NCBI GenBank assembly: GCA_964538065.1
Contig: CAZIDG010000011.1
Span: 4,930-68,929, forward strand
From: an uncultured Verrucomicrobiota bacterium
GTDB taxonomy: Bacteria > Verrucomicrobiota > Verrucomicrobiia > Limisphaerales > UBA1319
Length of the DNA: 64,000 nt
Direction: 5' to 3'
The position numbers were made by a program, and so were the translations under genes. The number at the start of each line of letters is the position of its first letter. The stretch's first letter is position 1. The notes under the pieces are model-generated. The model was given only the letters and a program-made list of their open reading frames with translations, did no database searches and was not told where the DNA came from. Of the stretch, positions 29,601-37,900 are shown one piece after another.

Positions 29601-32259
29601 AATTGGCCAGATTCGTGAATACAATCCCATTGGTGCAGGCATTGTACAAGCGCACCCAGGCATCCATGGTGCCATCGGTCGCATTGTTACGATAAACGCC
29701 CGCCTCGACCTTGATCACGTCGTAGTTTTCCTTCTGTCCACCCAGATACGTCTCTGCATAGGAGGCCTCAGGACGCTCACAGGTGTTATACAATCCCCAA
29801 TAGAGGCCATTGATGTACAGGTGATAGAAATATCCCCTCTCCCCAGCCTGCCCCATTTCAAGCTGTGTATCCCGGTTCCACTGGTCGCGGATGAAGATGC
29901 CCCGGCTGTCCCCGCCATAGCTCCAGGAGTAGTTCTGCATCGTACGCAGATCGATGCAATCAAACGTATCGGTTCCTTCCTTTCCAAATAGCGGAAACAC
30001 CAATTTCCCAGCCCCATATTCCTGACGGAAGAAGAGTCGAAAGGCATGCTTGGGATTGTCCGCCGAACGGCTGTATCCGCCGCGGATTCGGACGCCTGCG
30101 TTGATCTGGAACCCCTCACTGCCATCGGGATTGATCAGTTCCACCGAGCAGGGTCGCTCCCAATCGGACCCATCCTGGCCCGCGTTGGCATAAATACCCT
30201 TGCCCGGGTCAAAAAGATCAGCCTGATCCATCACGATCGAGAATGTCGGAATGGATTTTAAGTCGTTTTTGATCGTTCCTGAATAGCGGGGATTGTTTAC
30301 CACCTCTGGATCCATGCCATAATCGACCGTATTGGCGCCCCAACTTGACGGCCATCCCGATGGGGCTTGTCCAGTGGGGCACTGCCGTATGACATCGCTC
30401 ACAAACACATAGGTGTGCGTGTCAACCTTTGAGGGCTCATAGCCTTCCTGATAGGCCGCTGCCCGGAGGGTTGTGGTACTGGCAATCCGCAGTGGACTCT
30501 TGTAGGTAAATCCATTGGACAACGTCGGCACAGAGCCATTGGTCGTGTAACGAATGGTGGCATTTGTGGTGGCACAGGTTATCTCCACCATGACTGGCGC
30601 ATCATAGAAACCGCGATCCACACTGAACTTCGTATCTGCTGCAAACGCAAAGAACCCAGCTGAATTCGGCTTTCCGGGCGATGCCACTCCGAAATAATGA
30701 TTGGTAGTGCCCAGCACCCTGTACTCAACCAACTCGGCTGACAGGTAAAACGTGGGATCATTGGAGCTGATGTTCAAACCCTGAATGGCCATCATGTTGG
30801 TGCCGTTGCGCAACACGCTGAGTTTGGAGGTCAGATCAATTTCCTCGAAGGAAAGCGATCCGGGCAAGCCATGCGTGTTGGTTGCGGTGGATTTCCATTG
30901 CGGACTGGTGGGGGCGTTCCGCCGAGCCACCTCCTGACCATTGATATACACAATAAACCCATCATCATACGCCATGCGAAGCGTTGCCCCCCCCAGGCTG
31001 GAGGTGTTGGTCATGACAAACGGCGAGCGCATGTAAAGTGTCGCATTCTTTCCCGCCATGATCTTTTGTACATCCGTCTTGATCCTGGGTTTGTAGCCAG
31101 TCGTGCTTCCAGTTCCCAATATGGGCGCCGTCACAGCCAAACCACCGTTGGCAATGTCGCCCACCAGATGGAAATTGGTTGAATTCCATGCGGTAAAGGC
31201 TCCTTTGGCTGCAAAAAACTCCACCTCCGATCCTCCCCACATCTCAAATGCCACCAAACGAAGTGAGACATTCGTGGCATAGGGGAACGTCACCGTCCCC
31301 AACGAATCCGTCGGTCCACGACCCGACGGATAGGACATGGAAAACCCTCCTATCGTCAGTAAAAATCCGTCATCACTGTTCACTCCGAACGTGTACGTCC
31401 CCGCCTCGGGAATCGACAGAGTTGCGATTGCCTCAATGACGAAGGAATCGATGTCAGCCCCCATCACAAAGCCGGGGTACGTGTAATCGTTGCCATAGTG
31501 GGCACCCCATTCCGTGTTCCGGTAATTGATGACATTGCGGTTCTCCTCGTACACAATGGTCTGCAAACCCGGACTGGCAATCACGGCCTCCGCATCGGTG
31601 AGGTTATAGATCTGGTTATTGGCCTTGAAGTTTTTCACGGCGAAACCGGGGGTCATGGTTTCATAGCCCACCGGGGTGTTCGCTGAGGTCCACTTCGAAT
31701 CATCATAGACAGGCTGGATCCAATTAAAACCCAGGTTTTGATTTGTTGGCACAACCACCCTGGCCGACGCGCCGTTGGTCAGAAACCGGTTCGTCATGAC
31801 CACCTGGCCCACCCCATAGGAAACATCCCTCTGTTGCTTGGGGTAGTTAATGAAGGCCGACGCAATGGTTTTCCCGTCGGGTTTCACGAGAACGACATCT
31901 CCTCCCGATGCAGAGAGTCGAAAATTGGTGTGCAATTCGGCGCCGGCTACCGCCCTATCCTTGCCGGAGGCAAACACAATGAGATAGGTATTGGGCTGCA
32001 TGGTCACAGCCGGGAATTTCCATTGAGCGAGAACGTTCGTGCTGTCGGTCAGATAATACCCCGCCAGGCTGCCCGCAAGAGGGCCGGGGTTATATATTTC
32101 AATCCAATCGGAATAATCCCCGTCCGAATCAGCCAGCACCTGCCCGTTACTAGCCAGAAATTCCGTTATCTGAAAGTCCTGGGCTCTGCCATTTTGAGCC
32201 CATAAACTCATCATCAACAAAAAGATAGCGCCGACTGTCACCAAACGTCTCATATTCAT
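26605..32259 (-). CDS. Giant secreted protein 'B' (1884 aa): LTD + PA14-like + CHB_HEX_C-like + CotH kinase-like + CHB_HEX_C-like + LTD-LTD + acidic repeat + C-terminal [FY][FY]R[LVA] module
   Basis: Signal peptide MNMRRLVTVGAIFLLMMSLWAQNGRAQ. LTD 'ITEFLASN..DWIEIYNPGPLAGSLAGYYLTD'. PA14-like 'IPEAGTYTFGVNSDDGFLLTIGG'. 'FSVDRGFYDAPVMVEITCATTNATIRYTTNGSVP'. CotH core 'AGVRIRGGYSRSADNPKHAFRLFF..YFYHLYINGLYWGLY..NNWYGLRDR..FRFIIHDAEHTL' (~29200-30260). Terminal LTDs 'INEFLSNSEPPEVDAIELHNP..' and 'INEIYYHP..EFVEFKN..'. Confidence 0.85.
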   Translation of the reverse strand: MNMRRLVTVGAIFLLMMSLWAQNGRAQDFQITEFLASNGQVLADSDGDYSDWIEIYNPGPLAGSLAGYYLTDSTNVLAQWKFPAVTMQPNTYLIVFASGKDRAVAGAELHTNFRLSASGGDVVLVKPDGKTIASAFINYPKQQRDVSYGVGQVVMTNRFLTNGASARVVVPTNQNLGFNWIQPVYDDSKWTSANTPVGYETMTPGFAVKNFKANNQIYNLTDAEAVIASPGLQTIVYEENRNVINYRNTEWGAHYGNDYTYPGFVMGADIDSFVIEAIATLSIPEAGTYTFGVNSDDGFLLTIGGFSMSYPSGRGPTDSLGTVTFPYATNVSLRLVAFEMWGGSEVEFFAAKGAFTAWNSTNFHLVGDIANGGLAVTAPILGTGSTTGYKPRIKTDVQKIMAGKNATLYMRSPFVMTNTSSLGGATLRMAYDDGFIVYINGQEVARRNAPTSPQWKSTATNTHGLPGSLSFEEIDLTSKLSVLRNGTNMMAIQGLNISSNDPTFYLSAELVEYRVLGTTNHYFGVASPGKPNSAGFFAFAADTKFSVDRGFYDAPVMVEITCATTNATIRYTTNGSVPTLSNGFTYKSPLRIASTTTLRAAAYQEGYEPSKVDTHTYVFVSDVIRQCPTGQAPSGWPSSWGANTVDYGMDPEVVNNPRYSGTIKNDLKSIPTFSIVMDQADLFDPGKGIYANAGQDGSDWERPCSVELINPDGSEGFQINAGVRIRGGYSRSADNPKHAFRLFFRQEYGAGKLVFPLFGKEGTDTFDCIDLRTMQNYSWSYGGDSRGIFIRDQWNRDTQLEMGQAGERGYFYHLYINGLYWGLYNTCERPEASYAETYLGGQKENYDVIKVEAGVYRNNATDGTMDAWVRLYNACTNGIVFTNLANYMKIQGRNVDGSRNPAYENLVDVTNLVDYMLIILYGGNLDAPISWFLNNERPNNWYGLRDRTGADGFRFIIHDAEHTLLDLNEDRTGPFPAGTNDVYYSSPQWVWQQLWNSPEFRLTIADRIQKHMFNDGVLTPDKCIERFLRRKTEIDRAVVGESARWGDSKRTTPLTRDVEWIAAINNVLTNILPYRTGVVLQQLRDKNLFPNLQAPSFGQHGGHVEKGFNLSMEAFGGTIYYTTNGTDPRVLGGAISAQAQVYRGPITIGRNQHVMARTWNGLEWSPLTEADFLVIQTFKELVITEIMYHPQDQGQADGDRFEFLELKNIGTDILDLSGVHFTSGIDFTFTNGTVLAPGQFAVLVHDPASFQSNYPSIKVDGVYAGQLANNGDELTLVHAIGTPLFSVKYDSRAPWPATADGMGFSIVPMNPNANSDPDNAAHWRASAFRGGSPGADDPEPLTGTVLINEFLSNSEPPEVDAIELHNPTDFNINIGYWYLTDDKKTPKKYRIPAGRTVQAGGYVVLTESDFNPTPGIDPSFTLSSHGEQVYLFAANAAGELTGYCDGVEFDAAATGVTFGRYTNSLGEVFFPAQRTNTLGRVNSGPRVGPIVINEIYYHPATGQTEFVEFKNISTNVVKLYDARFSTNTWRLKGGGYAFPPNVEIPANGLFLVVAGDTNSFRTQYKVPSSVPVFGPMSGVLQDSGELLQLQQPEAPELDTNGTVYVPYVTVDEVRYNDKYPWPTNADGGGASLERLIASGFGNDALNWRDSDPAPSPGVESNRKPYVYAGQDANLLVTALPIVLQLTGTAVDDGMPVPPGTLYTYWGQSAGPALVEFSTTTELATKVTITEPGPYVLRLTAEDGEHSVYHEVSINVVMDSALVWKQRYFTEAEIANPAIGGDNADPDQDGASNLQEYGAGTDPRNSKSFLKLNLKNGSVGGPKLSFAFVAGHSYSIMYRDSLATGGWQKLTDVAADSTSRIIEVEDPLPHTTPVRFYRLVTPALP

Positions 32260-32295
32260 TTTATCTCCGAACGTTTAATTAACCAGCGATTCGTT

Positions 32296-32325
32296 GCACG
32301 CACCTGAGTGTGGAAAGGTGCGTGC
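32296..32325 (-). other. Stable hairpin in the C-B intergenic region / 5' leader of gene B
   Basis: Perfect 10-bp stem GCACGCACCT / AGGTGCGTGC with a 10-nt loop, 37-66 nt upstream of the gene B ATG (32259) and ~150 nt downstream of the gene C stop. No U-tract. Confidence 0.5.
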
Positions 32326-32474
32326 GTCACGGGAACAATGACCAAAATACTCCGCGTACCACGCTTACTTTTCAAGCTCTTTCGTGATGGAAAAGCTCCC
32401 GTCCCTACACACAGTCAACGAGGGTGCGACGCGGCTTTGCGCCACGGGGGGTTCCCTCCTTTAGAAAAACAAAC

Positions 32475-34883
32475 TCAAGGCTTGAGAAGCCTGAAAAACT
32501 GGCTTCCACCATTTGCCCCCAGGGGGTTGGTGATCTCCACGGTGTGGTTTGAATCCGTCGCCGGGATATTGGTCAACACCTGCCAGGCAGCACCTCGCAA
32601 GGATACCGCCGACTCGATGCGGTAGCTTTTACCCGCCAAGGCTTTAAATCGAATGATCACCATCCCGGCGCTCCGACTGATGGAGGCTATCTTCAAAACA
32701 CTTTTGGAATCGCGCGGATCCGTGCCGCACCAATACTCAGCCCGATTCGTTTGACCATCCCCGTCCGCATCCATCTCGGCGTCAGCCGGATCGGTTGGCA
32801 GCAAACCATTGGCAATCTCCCATGCGTCCGGCATTCCATCCATGTCAGTATCGATTTGGGGATCCGCATTGGGACTTAGGGGGGTTGGTGCTGCTGCCCC
32901 CCAATTGACAGGATCATTGCCGTACACGACAGGACTCCTTCGCTGCAGACTGCTTCCCCCCCCATCGGCTTCTGCTGGCCAGGGAAAGGCATCGCTATAT
33001 TTGACTTTATCCACCAGGACATAGGGCACAAACCCGGCATCCGGATGCGGCGGAAGCTGCGGATTATCGGGCTGATACAGTTCCACCTTCCCGCTGGCAT
33101 TGCTCAACTTGCCACTCCATGGGCCTTGAATCATGACCGTATTGCCCAATCCGTATCGTTGTTTGAATCCCGCCAGGATCTCCAAATCGCTTGATGGATT
33201 GAAGCCCACCAAAATCATCATCCCACCTGCGGGCAGAACGCTATAGGGAGCGAAGGTATAAGAAATATCGCCTCCAACCTTCCATCGGTTGGTAAGCGCA
33301 TTGGGATCGTAGAGGGGAATGGGTATCGCACTGAAATTATGGATCTCGACATATTCATCGACGAGGTTATCGGTGCCATTGGTATCCAACGACCGGGGGT
33401 GGTACATGATTTCATTGATCACCACAGGCCCCACCCTGGGCGCGCTATTGGTCATACCCTTCCCTGTCCGGAAGACATCCAGAGAAGTTGGGGAGTCCTG
33501 CCCAAAAGTCCGGGATTTCATGGCCACAAAATCCACTCCATCGCTCGTAATATGCCGTCCAAATGACACGCCGTTAAAGGCCGCGCCAAACGATTGTTTG
33601 ACGCGATACCCCGTCAGATTCCCAACGGCATCACCAGACGATAGATACACGGAATCCCCGTGAGCCGAATTGAATGTAAACCGATCTATCCCAATGAATT
33701 GATACTCATAGAGCACCAGGTAGCCATTCGCCACAACCTTCGTGCCATCAGGAATTCGATATCTCTTTAGGTTGTTGCCGCTATTGCTTAGAAACCACCC
33801 TCCAACATCCACATCCAGGGCATTTGGGTTATATAATTCAACCGCGTCCTCCAGGGGGGGATCCGTGTGCGTCAACACTTCGTTGATCACGATCTGGGTC
33901 AATGGCAGGTAATTGTCTTCACCGGGCGTCGCAGTGGTGGGGAATTTGACAATATTGGTCGTCCCATCCGGCAAACGCCCCTCGGATATCCCGCTGGTCT
34001 GAGCGCCAAAATCCACACGATCAAGCAGAACGAGATTGGATGACCACAGCACAATGCTTCCCCCCTTGGCGCTTAAGCCAAAACTCACATGATCCGGTCC
34101 TGCATTTGTATCCTTGTCAGCGTTATACAGCACCCACCCTTGAGCGGGTATGTAGCTCAAGGGCCGGATGGAGAATTTGTTTGTGCTCGCCGGGTCGGTC
34201 TCGTTGGAAAGGTGGCACCCCGCCAACGCCACGGGCTTTGCATCACCATTAAACAACTCGAACCAGTCACCGCCACTGCTGGGATTGGCAAGCCATTCGT
34301 TGATGCGCAACCGTACTGGATCGCCCAACGACATGAGGGCTGCATTCGCCGCACCGGGGGTGGGATGATCCAGGAGTCCAACAGCACCGTTCACCCGCCC
34401 AATGGACAAGTCGGCAATCTGCATCCCATAAACCACCGAATCCACCTGCGTCCCTGCGGCGTTTTTAAGAAGGATCTGCCCCCCTGCAGCAGACAAGGAC
34501 TGCCCCATGTTCAGCGCCTCTTCTTGGACCGTGGAAGCAGGCCGGTTGCCGTTGCACCATATGACCAGGTAACCATTGGCAGGGATTCGGATTCCTGTTG
34601 GAATCGTCCATGAACTCGCAGATGAGCCACTGAGTCCCAGCTGCCACCCCCCCATATCGGCGTCGACAGTGCCCGGATTATACAATTCCAGCCAGTCGCT
34701 GGCATCACCGTAGGGGTCCACTGCAGCCAGATCGTTCCGCGCCATGATCTCATTGATCACAGGCGTCGTTTGGGCCTTTGCCTCCAGAGGCGCAACGCCC
34801 ATGAGCACCAGACACACTGCACCACCACACCATCGTAGTGCCTTGGATCGACTGCAGAGTTTCTCCCACATCCTGAACATCAC
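32475..34883 (-). CDS. Secreted protein 'C' (802 aa): paralog of A, 4x LTD + TSP3-like repeats + C-terminal [FY][FY]R[LVA] module
   Basis: Signal-like 'GGAVCLVLMGVAPLEAKAQ'. LTDs 'INEIMARN..DWLELYNPGTVDADMGGWQL', 'INEWLANPSSGGDWFELFNGDAKPVALAGCHLSN', 'VINEVLTHTDPPLEDAVELYNPNALDVDVGGWFLSN', 'INEIMYHP..EYVEIHNFSA'. Then 'DTDMDGMPDAWE..EMDADGDGQTNRAEYWCGTDP'. Collinear with A. Confidence 0.8.
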   Translation of the reverse strand: MMFRMWEKLCSRSKALRWCGGAVCLVLMGVAPLEAKAQTTPVINEIMARNDLAAVDPYGDASDWLELYNPGTVDADMGGWQLGLSGSSASSWTIPTGIRIPANGYLVIWCNGNRPASTVQEEALNMGQSLSAAGGQILLKNAAGTQVDSVVYGMQIADLSIGRVNGAVGLLDHPTPGAANAALMSLGDPVRLRINEWLANPSSGGDWFELFNGDAKPVALAGCHLSNETDPASTNKFSIRPLSYIPAQGWVLYNADKDTNAGPDHVSFGLSAKGGSIVLWSSNLVLLDRVDFGAQTSGISEGRLPDGTTNIVKFPTTATPGEDNYLPLTQIVINEVLTHTDPPLEDAVELYNPNALDVDVGGWFLSNSGNNLKRYRIPDGTKVVANGYLVLYEYQFIGIDRFTFNSAHGDSVYLSSGDAVGNLTGYRVKQSFGAAFNGVSFGRHITSDGVDFVAMKSRTFGQDSPTSLDVFRTGKGMTNSAPRVGPVVINEIMYHPRSLDTNGTDNLVDEYVEIHNFSAIPIPLYDPNALTNRWKVGGDISYTFAPYSVLPAGGMMILVGFNPSSDLEILAGFKQRYGLGNTVMIQGPWSGKLSNASGKVELYQPDNPQLPPHPDAGFVPYVLVDKVKYSDAFPWPAEADGGGSSLQRRSPVVYGNDPVNWGAAAPTPLSPNADPQIDTDMDGMPDAWEIANGLLPTDPADAEMDADGDGQTNRAEYWCGTDPRDSKSVLKIASISRSAGMVIIRFKALAGKSYRIESAVSLRGAAWQVLTNIPATDSNHTVEITNPLGANGGSQFFRLLKP

Positions 34884-34966
34884 TTGATTCCGGTCGTTGT
34901 TCTCAACTTCTTCTCATCCCCATGCATCTACAAGATAAACCAGGAATTGAGACCTGCTCAGCTCGT

Positions 34967-37900
34967 TCAGGGACGCCGTGCCCGATAGAACAGTGCGTTA
35001 TTCTGCAGGCTGTTCGTATCCATCACCTCGACTCCGCCGCTTGGAAGGTTGGTTTTGAGAACCTCACTCCAATCCACCAAATTGGTGGAACAATCCAAAA
35101 TGACCTGACTGCCACTCGGGCCGTTCAACCTGATGACGAAAGGTGCACCGGGGGCTTGTCGGGGAGCCGCCAGGACCAGGGGCGCATCCATTTCCACCTT
35201 GCCTGGGGTCGGGGTGGCTGCCTTCCAATTGTCCGCCAGGTTTCCAGAGCTGGTCAGGCGAATCCGTCGCAGTGCCGCCCCCAAACCATCTGCATCGCCA
35301 TCCCACGGGGCACTATCCGAGTAAATCACCTCGTCTTGTATGATCCACGAAACAGCGTCGCCTGGCACATCAGGGGCTTCGGGCTTTTCAATGGCAATGC
35401 GCCCGCTGTCATTGGCCAGTTTTCCGCCATAGGGTCCCAGAAACAGATTGTCCCCGTTCGTCAGCGCATACCGCTCCTTGAATGCATTGAGCAGGATGGC
35501 ATCTGAAGGATCGAAATTGACCAACAACACCACTCCTCCTGGAGGAAGCACGAGATTGGTGGGGAATGAGAAACTGATGCAGCCATCCACCCGCCACGCT
35601 CCAACGTCATTGACCAATGCCACATTCGTCCCTGTGGGATTGTATATCTCCACATATTCATCAACGGTGTTGTCCGTCTGGTTCGTGTCGGTCATCGGCG
35701 GGTGATACATGAATTCACTAATCACCAAATGGATGGCGACCGGCCCGTTGCTGCCGCCCAGGGAAGGCAAGAGCGAAACCCAGGCAGCGCCACCGTCCGG
35801 ATACCGCCCAATGGATTCCAACCGATCCTGCCCCTTGAAGCTGATGGCATCCACAACACGATCCTGCCCATTCCCGGGAAGGTAGGACAAAAACACCTGG
35901 TCCCCTGCTTTCGACAGTCCAAAACCATTGGTCAGGTACTGATGAAAACCAGACACCTCGTCAAAAACAACATGCCCATGGGAAGGCACGACCTGGCTGG
36001 GAATGGCCCATTTGTTCAACACCGAGGCATCATCGCTCAGATAATAATGGTCGAGCGAAACGGCCTCGGAGGAAGGGTTAAACAGTTCGACCCAGTCATT
36101 CGAATCAAATCCGGGATTGGCTGGATCCACATAATCGGTATGCGCCATGACTTCATTTAATACCACACCCGATGGCGTTGGCGGCTCACTGGCCCCTGGT
36201 GATCCTTTGATCAGCACGCTGCTTCGCCAGGCACCGGGATAATCGGGATTTCCCGACAAATCCGCCACCAGGGAATGCCCTGTGCCATCCGCAGCAACTG
36301 GCCATCCGCGCCCATCTCCATAGGTAAAGGAGGTTATGACAGTGCCATTGCCAGAGGTTTTGAGTGTGATGGTTTCACCTTTGTTGTCCAGGAAGCCGGC
36401 ATACGGTCCCTGAATCAATGTATCAGTGCCCAGTCCGTAGAATGATCGGAACGATGCAAACTGGTTGTCCACTGGTGCGCGAACCACAAGCAGGTGTCCT
36501 CCCGGTGGCAGCGACACACCCGAAGCGAACGTGTAATCAACCCCCTGAGTAAACCGGACGCCGCTCAGATCCAAAGTCACCGCATCGCTGGTGTTCACGA
36601 GCTCGATATACTCATAATCCGTCCCTGCCGGTGGATTGTACATGAGTTCAGAAATGCGCAAATGGGCCTGCAACTCCGCCACCATATCCGTCTCTCCCGC
36701 CACAAACTCCACCGGGGCCGACCAATGGCTCCAACGGCCTGCCGAGTCCTTCATGCGTGCCCGCACCCGGTAGGTATGGCCCACCTTTACTTCCTCTGCA
36801 GGAATGGTCATGGTTTGGGAAAAGATCGCCAGCTCCTGGCTCTCCCAGTCTGTTTCAATCTCGTACTTGCGCGGATTCTCCGGATCCCGCACGGGCGCAC
36901 TGGCGGGAGTGATCTCCGCCAACCGCCATTTCATCCCTCCAAATGATCCTCCGCTGCTGGAAAAGGCAGAAGTCCTGAATGCCAGTCGGTTTACAGGATG
37001 GTTGGTGGGGCCTTCATAAGTGATGACCGGCGTCCCTGGAATGGCCGCATCGCTGGCCAGATTGTCCAACAATGTCGAGCGGGTCTTCACATAATTCTTC
37101 ATCAACTGAATCGTTCCCAGGAATGTCTTCGACACCGTCGGCTCATAGGGAAATTGGTAAAACCGCCCCTGCCCCGCCTTGCTCGAGTTTACATAGGAGG
37201 AGACCATGACGGGGTTGTAATCCCACTGGGCGCGATCGGCATCCACGAAGGAAAGGCCTCCCGCGGGGGTGTAGATGGTCGCGGCGTATTCATCAATGAG
37301 TTGGCCGGCTTGTTCGTCATTGAATAGCAGGTCGCGCAGTTCCCGCACCCGGTTTTTGTACTCCAAATTAAACACCGTCCGCGTCAATAGCCGGTTCTTA
37401 AAAGGATCCGCTCCCTGGCCGCCTGCGTCATACATGGTATCCGCCCATGTCAGGTCCAGATCCCAGGGATGTTCGGACCAGATGCCATTGGTGGGGTTCA
37501 GGTAATAAAAGTAATTCTTGCCGCCTCCAATGTCATAGTGGTGAATGCCCTGAACGATCGCCTGGTAATTGTAGTAGCGATTCACGTCCAGGTTGGTCCG
37601 CCACCAGGCATCGCCAGGCGCCGGTGAGGTTTGCGAATACTGCGTCACAAAGGCTGCCAGATCAGACTTGTCAGTCGCCGCAGTCGGCCCTTGATTGTTC
37701 AAATCTCCGTAAGGCCATCCATAGGCACCACTATCCATCTTGTACAAATTCCCATCGGGCAGGCCATGTTCATCCAGGAATTTTCCGTCCTCCTGCTCAA
37801 TCGCCAGATACAACCCCCAAAAGTCGCCTGTGTATTGACTGGTCGAACTGGCCTCATCCGCCTCATCAATAATCCGGTAGTGAATCCAGTGGGTATAGGG

